From Terriglobia bacterium (lineage in GTDB: Bacteria > Acidobacteriota > Terriglobia > 20CM-2-55-15): a stretch of 64,000 nt of DNA. This document shows, in pieces, positions 18,932-29,216 of this stretch (position 1 is its first letter; every line of letters begins with the position of its first letter). The position numbers and the translations under genes were made by a program. A model generated the notes under the pieces. The model made no database searches, was not told the origin of the DNA, and saw only the letters and a list, made by a program, of their open reading frames with translations. The DNA lies in NCBI GenBank assembly GCA_965218585.1, contig CBDCLE010000005.1, forward strand, positions 1 through 64,000, given 5' to 3'.

Positions 18932-19822
18932 ATGCGTCACATCTTTATCCTCTCCCTTAGCCTCGGTTTGCTGCCGAGCGCGTGCCTCCCCGAGCCCGAC
19001 CCCTCGATCGACGAGGCGACCGTTTTTAGAGACAACACCTCTATGCGTATCGATGCCGCTTCCTCGGCCCGAACCATGTTCACGCTCAACGAGGGAGAAC
19101 GTGTTTCGATTCTCGAGAAGAGGGGCGGCTGGTATCGAGTGCGCGACCGCGATCAGATCGAGGGTTGGATGGACGAGAGTACGATTCTTCGCGATGCCAC
19201 AATGGCTGCGATGCAGGTAGCCGTTTCCAGCGATGCGCAACTGCCTGTTCAGGCCACGGCCCGTGCAGTCGAAGAGGTCAATTTGAGACTCGATCCCGGC
19301 CGCGACACCGACATTATCCGGCGACTCCGCCGCGGAACTGGCCTCGAAGTACTCGAGCGGGCGACTACCCAGCGACCCAATAGTGAGGCGACGGATATTT
19401 GGTTTAAGGTGCGCCCATCCGAGGATGAAATCGGCTGGGTTTACACCGGGCTGATTGAGTTCGACACACCGGAGCCTTTACTGGGGTTCATGGAAGGCCG
19501 CAGCTATGTTGCGTACCAGAAACTTCGCCAGGTGCAGGATCCTGAAGCCGGTCCCATCGATTGGTATGTCGTGGCCGAGCGTCGGGCGGATGCCCAACCC
19601 GGCCGCACATATGATGGCATTCGTGTCTTTGTCTGGAATCTTGCCGAGCACCAGTATGAGACGACGCTCCGGCTCCGAAATCTGCAGGGAATCTATCCGC
19701 TGGAACAAACCGGAGATCCAGACAACCCCGGCTTCCGCTTCCATGTAGAAGGGGCTGACGGCGAACCCGTCGCCAGAGCGTTTGCGATGCGCCAGACTCT
19801 CCCCCGAGAAATCCGAGAGTAA
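18932..19822 (+). CDS. Bacterial SH3-domain lipoprotein
   Basis: Lipobox-like LPSAC; two SH3b repeats (WYRVR..EGW; VNLR..P...WFKV...GWV). Confidence 0.8.
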   Translation: MRHIFILSLSLGLLPSACLPEPDPSIDEATVFRDNTSMRIDAASSARTMFTLNEGERVSILEKRGGWYRVRDRDQIEGWMDESTILRDATMAAMQVAVSSDAQLPVQATARAVEEVNLRLDPGRDTDIIRRLRRGTGLEVLERATTQRPNSEATDIWFKVRPSEDEIGWVYTGLIEFDTPEPLLGFMEGRSYVAYQKLRQVQDPEAGPIDWYVVAERRADAQPGRTYDGIRVFVWNLAEHQYETTLRLRNLQGIYPLEQTGDPDNPGFRFHVEGADGEPVARAFAMRQTLPREIRE

Positions 19823-19858
19823 CCACAGGATGTCGGCCATCAGTTTTTCAGTTTCTTC

Positions 19859-20122
19859 TCAGATGTAGTACACCAGCAAGGCTTCAAAACCGTGTTGACG
19901 GAAGGTGTCCGGTGCGTCCACCCAGTACTTCGGATCCCGATATACGGGTTCCTCACAGAGACAGTCCCCACAACCGGGACAACTTTTGCTCCTTCGTCCG
20001 GACCGGCAGTGACACCACTTCGCGCCAAAAACATCGAAACGGTGGGCACACCTTGGACAACGTACCCAATGGGCGCCTTCTCTTTTCCATCGGACCCGGT
20101 CTGTGCCGTCCAACCCGTGCAT
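19859..20122 (-). CDS. Cys-rich putative Zn-binding protein (87 aa)
   Basis: GGAGGAG RBS before the ATG at 20122; CPRC...WCHC...CPGCGDCLC. Confidence 0.65.
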   Translation of the reverse strand: MHGLDGTDRVRWKREGAHWVRCPRCAHRFDVFGAKWCHCRSGRRSKSCPGCGDCLCEEPVYRDPKYWVDAPDTFRQHGFEALLVYYI

Positions 20123-20280
20123 GCTCCTCCGATTGCACGCTGAATTCCTTATTCGAAAACCATAAATGGAAGGGGTACTGCCCGGAAGAAGGAACAACTC
20201 ACCTGCTCGTTTGCACAGCAAAAGACCCAAGAACTGCGATTACCAAGCGGTTTTCTGATGGGGCAGTCGAGAGTCTGCTG

Positions 20281-21735
20281 TTACTCGGGCCGGTCGCGGC
20301 CGGCCACAAAAACAGCCTTTTTTCGGAGAAGGGTCTTTTTGGAGACCGGGGGCGGTTCGGAGGGGACGCTGCTGACCGTCTCGAGGCGCACGGTCGCGGC
20401 CGATTCGTGCCGGTACTCTTTGAGTTTGTATTGGATCTTGCGAACGCTCATTTCAAGAATCTTGGCCGCCCGGCTTGTCGACCCACCAGTGGCTTCCAGA
20501 GTTCTGAGGATCGCTTCTTTCTCTATTGCCTGAATCGTTGCACCTGGAACCAGTGCGTTCGGGTTCGATCCTATCGGCTCAGGCAAGGAAGGAAGATCTT
20601 CGTCTCCAACAACGCTGCCGGTGGCGTCAGACACCGCATGCTCGATCATGTCCTTTAGCTCGCGGACGTTTCCCGGCCAATCATATTGCATCAGGCGCGC
20701 GAGGGCGGACGGTGAAACGCCTTTGAGCCCCTTACCGGACCGACGGGCGGCCGTGCGAACGCATTGATCAACGAGGACGGGGATGTCGGACCTGTGTTCC
20801 CTTAGTGCGGGAACCGGAATTCGCACACCCTGCAGCCGTTCGAACAGTTCCCTGTGGAACCGACCGGTGTGGACCTTCTCTTCCAGATCATGGCTGGAGG
20901 TTCCTATGATTCGAACGTCAGCCCCGCGAGACCCTCCGCCGGGGGAGGGAAAGCTGCGCCTGGTCATCGAGCGCAGTATCTTCTCCTGCGTCCGCCGGGG
21001 GAGATCACCGATTTTGTCGAGCAACAGGGTGCCCCGATCACACAACTCGAGACAACCCGCGTGGTGGCTACTTCCACCACCGACATGCTGGTCGCGATAA
21101 CCGAACAATTCCCGATCGATCACGGACTCACTCAACCCGGAACAACTAAGACTGGCGAAACGGGCCCCGCGGCGGCGTCCGGAATGATGGATCAAACTTC
21201 CGACGAGTCGTTTTCCAGAACCCGGCTCTCCGAACAGAATCAGATGGTCTTCGCGGCGAGCCACCTGATCCACAATCTTCAGGACGGCTTGAATCGCCGG
21301 GCTGGAGCCGTAAACCTTTGGAGCCGTATCTTCTTCTGAATCGTTTCTGGCCCCTAATCCTGAAGAAAGCTTTCTCGCTTCCTTAACGGCCCGTTCCACC
21401 TCCCAACGCTCCAGAGGCTTTCTCAAATAGCGGACCGCACCCTTGTCCAACGCTTCCCGCGCCAAGGACATCGAATTCTTGTCTGCGAGAACGACCAGGC
21501 TTCCCGCGAAATGCAATTTTCGCAATCGGTCGACAAACTCGAGGTCGTCCGATCCGTTGGGATTGAGGTCGGCCAGGATCACTTCGGGGTGATCGCCCTC
21601 GAAGTGTTCTCTGGTTCCACCGGCGATCGAACTGGTGACGCTCCCGACACCACATTCGGCGAGTGTGTCGGAGAGAAACTCTTTAAGTCGTTTGTCGTCG
21701 GACAGGATTAGAACTTGAGTTTTCGCTGTGGGCAT
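20281..21735 (-). CDS. NtrC-like response regulator (REC-AAA+-Fis HTH) with degenerate sigma-54 activation motifs
   Basis: REC (ILADL, YLRKP), Walker A GEPGSGK, YDWPGNVREL, HTH. Start uncertain (21735 or 21804). Confidence 0.9.
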   Translation of the reverse strand: MPTAKTQVLILSDDKRLKEFLSDTLAECGVGSVTSSIAGGTREHFEGDHPEVILADLNPNGSDDLEFVDRLRKLHFAGSLVVLADKNSMSLAREALDKGAVRYLRKPLERWEVERAVKEARKLSSGLGARNDSEEDTAPKVYGSSPAIQAVLKIVDQVARREDHLILFGEPGSGKRLVGSLIHHSGRRRGARFASLSCSGLSESVIDRELFGYRDQHVGGGSSHHAGCLELCDRGTLLLDKIGDLPRRTQEKILRSMTRRSFPSPGGGSRGADVRIIGTSSHDLEEKVHTGRFHRELFERLQGVRIPVPALREHRSDIPVLVDQCVRTAARRSGKGLKGVSPSALARLMQYDWPGNVRELKDMIEHAVSDATGSVVGDEDLPSLPEPIGSNPNALVPGATIQAIEKEAILRTLEATGGSTSRAAKILEMSVRKIQYKLKEYRHESAATVRLETVSSVPSEPPPVSKKTLLRKKAVFVAGRDRPE

Positions 21736-22352
21736 CGTCCAACAAATATCCTGGTGCGCCTCTTCGAACACGACATAGTTCGAAGAGGCGCGAGCTTCCT
21801 GCATGACGTGGCATCAGAACGGCGGCCTCACTCTCTTCTCTCTGGCCCTCACACTGTCATGCAACTGCCAGAAATCGCGAGGAGCGTTGTCGGCCGATGG
21901 ACCGCGTCGCACCTATCGCACAAACGAAACCGGAGACATCGATTGAGGTATTGCGAAGAAGTACGGATAAAAGCTTGTTCCCCAACTCATGTCTGCTCGA
22001 ATGGGTCCAGGTCACATTCGGGCCGCAGGTTTCATGCCCATTCCGTAAGCTCTCAAACTATCTCGGAACTTGTCGGCCGAGAACAATGAAATGAACTACC
22101 CCGGATGGTGTTGAGCGTCCTGAATACGCGACGTCTCGTGACCAGGAGAGGAAAAAACCGCATCGATTGCCTCCGAAACAGGTGGCTTAGGGTATTACCT
22201 CAGCAGGAGAGAATCAAGCGGAATTAACACCACGATTGAGCAGAAAATGAGCGCACGCAACAATAGCAAGGAAAACAGCGATCGTGGCGAGCAAAACGTT
22301 CAGGCGAAGCATCCCTATCCCTTCAAAAAGGAGACCAAAAAAAGTAATTTTC

Positions 22353-23979
22353 GGTTATGTTTCAGAGTTTCTGCAAAAAGGCCCTGAAATAGGAAGGGGC
22401 CAGGGTATCTCCGAAAAGTTGGTAACCAACAACTTTGAAACGAAGGAGATGAACCGATGGCCCGAACTAAGATTAAGCGAAAGGGAGTGGATTGGAAAGA
22501 ACTGTTAGGAGAGGAAAAGGATCTGCTGAAAAGCGTCGTGCAGGAGGTGGTTCAGGAAATTCTCGAGGGGGAGATGGAGCAGGTTATGGCCGCGGCCAAG
22601 AGTGAACGAACGGCGGGGCGGACCGGATATCGGAGTGGCTATTACGGGCGGGACCTGGTCACGCGGGTGGGCAAGCTGGAGCTGCGCGTGCCGCAGGACC
22701 GGGCCGGGCGGTTCAGCACGGAAGTGTTTGAACGCTACCAACGCAGCGAGAAAGCTTTGGTGGCCAGCTTGGCGGAGATGTACGTGCAGGGCGTGTCGAC
22801 GCGCAAGGTCAAGGCCATCACCGAAGAATTATGCGGGCATTCGTTTTCGGCCAGCACGATCAGCCGGATTAATAAGACACTGGACACGGAGCTGAAAAAG
22901 TTTGCGACGCGAGCATTGGAGGAAGAATACCCGTACCTGATTCTGGATGCGCGCTACGAGAAGGTGCGCGAAGACGGGGTCATCCGGAGCCGAGCAGTTC
23001 TGGTGGCGATCGGAATCAACTGGGACGGGAGGCGCGGTGTGTTGGCGGTGGAACTGGCGGAACGGGAAAGCACGACCAGTTGGCGGGAACTGTTACTGAG
23101 TTTGAAACAACGCGGCTTGTGCGGCGTGGAGTTCGTGGTGACCGACGATCATGCCGGGTTGAAGAAAGCCATCGCAGAAGTCCTGCCCGAAGCGATCTGG
23201 CAACGCTGCTACGTCCACTTTCTGAGAAACGCATTGGATTATCTGCCGCGCAAAGCCGATGACGATTGTCTCCAGGAACTGCGTTGGCTCTACGACCGGC
23301 GGGACCTCCAGGAAGTGCGGCAGGACCTGGCGACATGGTTGAGCAAGTGGGGGCAGAAATATTCCAAACTCTGCGACTGGGTCGAAGACAATATCGACGA
23401 GACACTAAGCTTCTACACGCTGCCGCTTCAGCATCACAAACACATGAAATCCACCAATATGCTGGAACGGCTCAACGAAGAGATCAAACGGCGAACGCGC
23501 GTGGTGCGGATATTCCCCAACGCAGCCAGCTGTCTGCGTTTGATTCGGGCGCTGACCACCGAAACGCACGAGAACTGGATCGAAGCGATCCGCTACTTGA
23601 ACATGGACCTGTTGAAGGAACACAAAAGGGACTGGCACCGTCAGACGCCGGCTGCCTAAACGCGTCCCAACGGGCCGACCCAATGATCGACTCGGATGTC
23701 GATCGGCGATTACAGAGCATCCTGGAGCGAACAATCGCTGTGGAAAACTTTCGAGGGGACGAAAGAAAGAAAAAGAACCAAAAAAGAAAGAAACGCAGAG
23801 GCCTGATGGAAATGACGCCTCAGAGGAAATCCGCCAAAAGGCGCGGATTCCCTCTGAGGCTTGGAAAAGCTTCGCCAAAAACGCTCAGCATTCCCACATT
23901 CCCACAGGCCCGACGGCGATCGACACTCAAGAACTGAATTTTTTGGAAATACTTTTTGCAGAACTTGACGCACACAACT
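22353..23979 (+). mobile_element. IS256 family element, complete
   Basis: IRs GGTTATGTTTCAGAGTTTCTGCAAAAAG and CTTTTTGCAGAACTTGACGCACACAACT; 8-bp TSD TAATTTTC (22345-22352, 23980-23987). Confidence 0.93.
22457..23659 (+). CDS. IS256 family transposase
   Basis: RSGYY.R, VPQDR, GVSTR, ILDA, VTDDH.GL, QRC.VH, STNMLERLNEEIKRR. Confidence 0.97.
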   Translation: MARTKIKRKGVDWKELLGEEKDLLKSVVQEVVQEILEGEMEQVMAAAKSERTAGRTGYRSGYYGRDLVTRVGKLELRVPQDRAGRFSTEVFERYQRSEKALVASLAEMYVQGVSTRKVKAITEELCGHSFSASTISRINKTLDTELKKFATRALEEEYPYLILDARYEKVREDGVIRSRAVLVAIGINWDGRRGVLAVELAERESTTSWRELLLSLKQRGLCGVEFVVTDDHAGLKKAIAEVLPEAIWQRCYVHFLRNALDYLPRKADDDCLQELRWLYDRRDLQEVRQDLATWLSKWGQKYSKLCDWVEDNIDETLSFYTLPLQHHKHMKSTNMLERLNEEIKRRTRVVRIFPNAASCLRLIRALTTETHENWIEAIRYLNMDLLKEHKRDWHRQTPAA

Positions 23980-24074
23980 TAATTTTCGCAATAAACGCAT
24001 CATTTGATCGTGCTTCAACTGGCTCTCATTCGTCATCATCGTCACGATCGGATGTTTGCTGTAGTCTTTTTTTG

Positions 24075-24411
24075 CTGTAGCTCGGGCGATCACCTCTCGA
24101 GGACACGGCCCTCATCGATCGGCTGACTGAAAACGCAATACTTTCGTCGAGCAGTTCAGTCCTTAGGCTTTCGGATCATCGCCCGGACACCTCATTGTTC
24201 CTGTGATGTTGGGAGAAGCCCCTCTCGCGATGAAGATGAGCAGGACTCTTCTGGATCGGGGAGTTTACATCGAGGGCCTGTGGTATCCGGTGGTGCCCTA
24301 AGGAGAGGCCCCACTCCGCGCGCAGATTTCCGCCGGCGATGGGACGACCCGACCTGGACCGCGCAGTGGATGCGTTCGAAGGAGATAAGCCACAAAGTGG
24401 GGATTATCTGA
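24075..24411 (+). pseudogene. Degraded C-terminal fragment of a glycine C-acetyltransferase/BioF-family aminotransferase
   Basis: Across frameshifts: [66 protein letters not shown]. Confidence 0.75.
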
Positions 24412-24464
24412 CCTGTGTCGCCCCACTCGACCCGCTAAACCCGTTAAAATTCAGGTACAAGGGC

Positions 24465-24497
24465 AAAAAAAATCCCCGCGGCTCTGCCGCGGGGAGA
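24465..24497 (-). terminator. Rho-independent terminator
   Basis: Minus strand TCCCCGCGGC-AGA-GCCGCGGGGA followed by a T8 run. Confidence 0.85.
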
Positions 24498-24540
24498 GTG
24501 GGATGGTGGAGGAAATCTATTGTTTAGACACCACTCACTG
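24465..24540 (-). ncRNA. Candidate ~76-nt small RNA
   Basis: Lies between a sigma70-like promoter and the terminator; no ORF; contains UUUCCUCCACCAUCCC. Confidence 0.5.
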
Positions 24541-24545
24541 GTAAA

Positions 24546-24575
24546 AGGCTACTCGCCCTACCACAAGAAAGTCAA
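24546..24575 (-). promoter_or_regulatory. Sigma70-like promoter
   Basis: TTGACT-N18-TAGCCT on the minus strand. Confidence 0.5.
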
Positions 24576-24665
24576 ATAAATTACGGTCCCGATGCATGTT
24601 CCGCCGTCTGAACGGGGCGATTCGGGCCTCGGCGGAGGGGTTTTCCTTCTTCGAGCTGTCCCGGA

Positions 24666-25079
24666 CTACGGGGCCTTGAAACGAAAAGACCCGTCCGGAG
24701 CCTTCTCACGGAACTGGGAGTGACAGTTGCCGCAGGCTTTCTGGACGCTTCCGTGAGCTGTCCCTGCCGCATCCAAATTGTTCGCGTTTGCAGCCGCCAG
24801 AGCCTCGGCCGCCGCCGCAGCCGCCCTGCTCGCTATCGTCACTGCGGCTTCCAGGTTCATCTGCTCATAGATCGGGATCGCTTCCCGGAACAGGCCTTCC
24901 AATTTTTCGGCCTCCATCGCAGCTCGCGCCGTGTCACTCCCCCCGATGCTGGCCTCAAGGGCCTGGCGAGCACTCGCAATGTCCCTCATGATCTCGGCGT
25001 GGTCCCGCTGAAACGCCATGGCGTTCAGTGTCACCGCCAGAATCAGGCACAGTCCGATCAGACACGAAGCTTGTCGCAT
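24666..25079 (-). CDS. Class II cytochrome c (c'-like)
   Basis: Signal peptide, Ala-rich helical bundle, C-terminal CGNCH. Confidence 0.85.
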   Translation of the reverse strand: MRQASCLIGLCLILAVTLNAMAFQRDHAEIMRDIASARQALEASIGGSDTARAAMEAEKLEGLFREAIPIYEQMNLEAAVTIASRAAAAAAEALAAANANNLDAAGTAHGSVQKACGNCHSQFREKAPDGSFRFKAP

Positions 25080-25170
25080 ACTTCTTCCCTTAACGGCTTC
25101 CCCGCCTATCTAACTTTGACGTCCCGTCCGGGACAACTCCTCAAGAGAAGCTGCAAATATATTCAAACGG

Positions 25171-26247
25171 TTAATCCGAGTCAAACTTTCCGAGGATCCA
25201 GCCCGGAGTGACCCGGGATGCTAAGGCCTTCAACTCGTTTATGGTTTTTGTCACTTCGGGAACGATCTCGAAAAGATCCCCGACGATGCCGTACCGGGCC
25301 ACCTTGAATATCGGGGCATCGGCGTCTTTGTTGATAGCAACAATACATTGCGCGGTCTGCATGCCCACCAGGTGCTGAATCGCACCTGAAATGCCGATTG
25401 CAAAATACAGCTTTGGAGACACGGTCTGGCCCGAACTTCCGATCTGGTGCTCTCTGGGCAACCACTCGGCGTCTACGACGGGGCGGGACGCGCCAACCGC
25501 GCCGCCAAGGGCGTGGGCAAGTTCGGTGATCAGCCGCACGTTCTCTTTTTCCTTCAAGCCTCTCCCCCCGGCTACTATTGTCGAAGCCGACCCGAAGTCA
25601 ATCTGACCTCCTGGGGCTCTTTCCCGTCCAAGGACCCGCTGGCGAATGAGGGCCTTTCCCAGATCCAGATTAAGCGTTTCCGTCTTGATCTGCTCGGTCA
25701 CGACTGTTGCACCGTCATTATCCTCAGCGCCCTCACTGACGGGCCGAGCAGCCGTCGCTTCGGAGGGAAAAGCCCCAGGTGCAATCGTCGCGAAATAGGG
25801 CGGCTCTCCACCGAGAAGCACGCGCATATTCATCTTGCCGTTAAAAATCTGGCGGGTCAGGAAAAAGCGCTCCCCTTGCTTCTCAAAATCAACACAACCG
25901 GCCACCAGGGGCCGTTTCTGCCCGGCAGCCAGACGGGGGAGCAGATCCAACCCAGTCCCTGAATGGCCTCCGATAACGAAGGAGGGGCCTGTCTTCGCCT
26001 GGACGACTTTGAGGGCGGCAAGATACCCGTCGGAGGTATAGGGGGTCAGTGCCGGGTCGTCTACGATGAAGACCTTCTCCAAACCCACTGCTTCAAGGTT
26101 CCCTGCCAATTCTCCGACCCCCGATCCCAGGATCGCAGCCCCCACCGGTTCTTCAAGTACAGACCCGAGCCGGCGGGCGAGAGTCAGCACCTCCGGCGTA
26201 ATGGATTTGAACTTCCCGTCCTCGTGCTCGGTCAGAGCCAGTATCAC
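25171..26247 (-). CDS. etfA: Electron transfer flavoprotein alpha subunit
   Basis: AGGRG, VGASRPVVD, QIGSSGQTVSP, GISGAIQH, AINKD. Confidence 0.95.
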   Translation of the reverse strand: MILALTEHEDGKFKSITPEVLTLARRLGSVLEEPVGAAILGSGVGELAGNLEAVGLEKVFIVDDPALTPYTSDGYLAALKVVQAKTGPSFVIGGHSGTGLDLLPRLAAGQKRPLVAGCVDFEKQGERFFLTRQIFNGKMNMRVLLGGEPPYFATIAPGAFPSEATAARPVSEGAEDNDGATVVTEQIKTETLNLDLGKALIRQRVLGRERAPGGQIDFGSASTIVAGGRGLKEKENVRLITELAHALGGAVGASRPVVDAEWLPREHQIGSSGQTVSPKLYFAIGISGAIQHLVGMQTAQCIVAINKDADAPIFKVARYGIVGDLFEIVPEVTKTINELKALASRVTPGWILGKFDSD

Positions 26248-27035
26248 AACAGTGCCTCTTTCCTTAGCTTTTCGACCAACTTCAGAGCTGCCTCACCGGG
26301 AGACCCAGATATCATCTCGACGTCCCCCTCCTTTTCGGGAACAAAGACGTCTGTCACCTCATACATACCCGCTGCCTCAAGAGCCGTTTCTTCGATGCCG
26401 AGGTCGCCGGCGCCCCAACGATGGATTTCTTTCTTCTTGGCACCCATAATTCCTTTCAGTGATGGGTACCGCCGTTGATTGATCCCGTACTGCAGGGTCA
26501 AGACACAGGGTATGTCCATTTCGACCTGCTCGTTGACCGCACCTTCGAGTTCGCGATCTACGCGGACCCGGGCCGCATCAGGGCTTGCCTCAACGGCTAT
26601 AACGACGCTGGCGTGGGGTAACCCGAGCAGCTCAGCCACAATGATTCCCGTGGTGCCGGTGCCCAGGTCATCAGACTGCACGCCGGCAAAAACCATGTCT
26701 GCGCCACCATCTTTTCCAACAGCGCGCGCTATGATCTCGGCGATCGAGAATTCGTTTACACCGACAAACCGATCGTCGGAAACAAATATCGCCCGGTCCG
26801 CACCCGTGGCCAGCGCTGAACGCAAGACTCGAAGCATTGGTTCTTGCCCCACAGCCAGAGCGACCACTTCCCCGCCGTGCTTCTCCTTGAGACGCAGTGC
26901 TTCTTCCAGGGCGTAGCTATCGGCTTCACTTGGGACAAACGTGAGGTCGGACTCTTTTATCCATGTCTTGCTTTCATTGATGACCAGGCGCGATGCCGGA
27001 TCTGGGACTGGCTTGATGCAGGCGATTATCTTCAT
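26244..27035 (-). CDS. etfB: Electron transfer flavoprotein beta subunit
   Basis: MKIIACIKPVPD, ALEEALRLKE, G.QS.D, RYPSLKGIM.AKKK. Confidence 0.95.
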   Translation of the reverse strand: MKIIACIKPVPDPASRLVINESKTWIKESDLTFVPSEADSYALEEALRLKEKHGGEVVALAVGQEPMLRVLRSALATGADRAIFVSDDRFVGVNEFSIAEIIARAVGKDGGADMVFAGVQSDDLGTGTTGIIVAELLGLPHASVVIAVEASPDAARVRVDRELEGAVNEQVEMDIPCVLTLQYGINQRRYPSLKGIMGAKKKEIHRWGAGDLGIEETALEAAGMYEVTDVFVPEKEGDVEMISGSPGEAALKLVEKLRKEALL

Positions 27036-27184
27036 CGTGGCTGTCGGCTTCCCTAGGTGCCCTCGATCGGCGCACAATCAATCGAAAAACATGCGGTCAT
27101 GAACCGCAGGTACATTCGAGGAATTCCACTCCGTGGACGAGGTAGTCTAGCAATCGGGCGCGACAGGGCTGGACCCATTCAGAA

Positions 27185-27682
27185 TTATTCAGTCTGTTTA
27201 CGACTGACCGGGACCGGTTGGTAGGCGCGTTGGACCCAGGGTCTGAAGCCCAGGTGACTCCAGAGGCGGGCGGCGGGTTCGTTAAAGACTTCAAAAGTCG
27301 TCTCAAGGGCTCTGGCACCCCGAATTTCCATGCGGTCACTGACATACCGTACCAGACGGGTCGCCACCCCACTCCTGCGATGGGATTCCACGACGTACAC
27401 CACATCGATCAGTCCCACGCGGCGTCGCTTGAGAATTGGTGGATCCGATTCAAATTCACCAATCCGTCCCAGGAGAAATCCAGCAAAATCGCCCTCCCTC
27501 TCGGCCACATAGCCTACGGCCTACCGGTCCGAAAATCGATCCGACAGCCACTCCCTCAGGGCGCGGTCTGCACCTCGCTTGAGCGGTGCATCCGGTAGCC
27601 GAACCTCCTCGTACGCCCTCAGCCAGAGAGAACCGATACGCTCAAAGTCGGACCGCCGCCAATCCCGAATACCGATTTCCAT
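27185..27682 (-). pseudogene. GNAT acetyltransferase with in-frame TAG
   Basis: MEIGIRDWRRSDF...FSDR-TAG(27521-27523)-AVGYVAEREG...; GNAT motifs VVESHRRSGVA and N..A..LW..LGF. Confidence 0.75.
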
Positions 27683-27869
27683 AAGGAATCCCAATATGTT
27701 ACGTTATAGCCGCTCGCGAACCATCCTCGTTAGCTGCTGTGGGGAAGATAACGCGGATCACATGGAAAGTGGATCCGAGCCGGAAGCCGTGCTTCCGACG
27801 GCGTGAGTCTCGGTCCGTATCGCTCGGACAACACGTCTTGGCCCCACCTGATAGCTAGGAAAACGGCGG

Positions 27870-28448
27870 ATGGCTGCGAGTACTAACGAAACCAAAAACA
27901 TATTCACGACCCACGAAGTCAGCAAATTACTTCAGGTCAATCCAAGGTCGGTCATCAACTGGATCGAGCAGGACCTGCTCGATTCCTACAGAACCCCGGG
28001 AGGGCATCGGCGCATCCGCCGAGACGATCTACTTGCTTTCCTTCGAAAGCACCAGATACCCATCCCGCCCGCGCTTACCGAAGAAAAACTCAAGGTGCTG
28101 ATTGTTGAAGACGAAGACAGTATCGTCAAGATATTGAAGACGTTTTTCGAGCGTCAGGATCTTTACGAAGTCAGTTCTGCCTCCGACGGGATCACTGCGC
28201 TGATCGACATCGGACGATTGCACCCGGACCTGATGGTACTGGACATACTCATACCGGGGGTTGATGGGCTGGAAGTTTGCCGGCGAATCAAAGAAGATCC
28301 GAGCAACCGAACCGCAATCATCGCGATGAGCGGACAGCCAGAAGTCGAATCTAAGATCCTCCAGGCCGGTGCGGACTGCTTCCTGGCGAAGCCTCTCGAT
28401 ATGGATCGGTTGTTGGAAGAATCGAAGCGCTTGTTGCGAATCCTCTAA
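27870..28448 (+). CDS. Response regulator with N-terminal excisionase-like HTH
   Basis: FTTHEVSKLL...RTPGGHRRI plus REC (IVEDE, VLD, KP). Confidence 0.9.
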   Translation: MAASTNETKNIFTTHEVSKLLQVNPRSVINWIEQDLLDSYRTPGGHRRIRRDDLLAFLRKHQIPIPPALTEEKLKVLIVEDEDSIVKILKTFFERQDLYEVSSASDGITALIDIGRLHPDLMVLDILIPGVDGLEVCRRIKEDPSNRTAIIAMSGQPEVESKILQAGADCFLAKPLDMDRLLEESKRLLRIL

Positions 28449-28510
28449 CCGGGGAGCCCGACCACTGCCGTTCGGAAGGCCGGCCAGACGTAGTAAACTC
28501 CGGACATCTT

Positions 28511-28584
<74 letters not shown>

Positions 28585-28709
28585 TCTCACTACCCGAAAC
28601 CTCACCACAGGGCCGATCCGGGGTGAGGGGAAAGAGTGACAAAGTCTCGGATTGACAGCCGAGATCAATCGCTTCACAATACAGCCTCACTTCGTTCAGA
28701 GGAACTCGA

Positions 28710-29165
28710 ATGAAGCTGCCATGGAAATCCAAATCTGATGATTTCAAGGGGTTCCTGGACCATGGAACTTCCCTGACCGGCGAACTTTCCTTTTCGGGAA
28801 CGCTCCGCGTCGACGGGAATATTCATGGTTCGATCAAGACTAATGACCTTCTCGTCGTGGGCGAACTCGCGACGATCCACGCCGATATCAAAGCTGGCGA
28901 AGTCCAGATTTATGGTTCGGTTTTTGGCAACATCGAAACCAGTCGCAGGGTTGAAATCTGCTCGACGGGCCGCGTTCGAGGCGATGTGCGTACGCCCCAG
29001 CTCGTACTTGAAGATGGCGGGATGTTTGAGGGGCGCAGCATCGGCGCCGGTGAGACAGAAACCGAAGGGGCGGCTCCAAATCAGGAATCGAGACAGCCGA
29101 CGGAGGCGTTTCCACCAAGCAAAAGCAAGAAAGATCGGGAGTGGCCGGACCGCTTCGAACGCTGA
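28710..29165 (+). CDS. Bactofilin (polymer-forming cytoskeletal protein)
   Basis: GTSLTGELSFSGTLRVDGNIHG...GRVRGDV.TP.LVLEDGGMFEG. Confidence 0.92.
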   Translation: MKLPWKSKSDDFKGFLDHGTSLTGELSFSGTLRVDGNIHGSIKTNDLLVVGELATIHADIKAGEVQIYGSVFGNIETSRRVEICSTGRVRGDVRTPQLVLEDGGMFEGRSIGAGETETEGAAPNQESRQPTEAFPPSKSKKDREWPDRFER

Positions 29166-29216
29166 GCTTCTACGGTCCGCAACCTGATCTAGTCTGGAAT
29201 CCGCCCCCACTCTCTA

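Noticed and set aside
22247-24063. Small membrane-protein gene split by the first IS256
   Set aside because: The rejoined frame (MSARNNSKEN...RII*SCFNWLSFVIIV...) has internal stops and no recognisable family, so it is too weak to call.
24549-24559. AGGGCGAGTAG (minus strand), identical to the left flank plus core of the IS1111 target
   Set aside because: Single short match with no right-flank match; plausibly chance in 64 kb.
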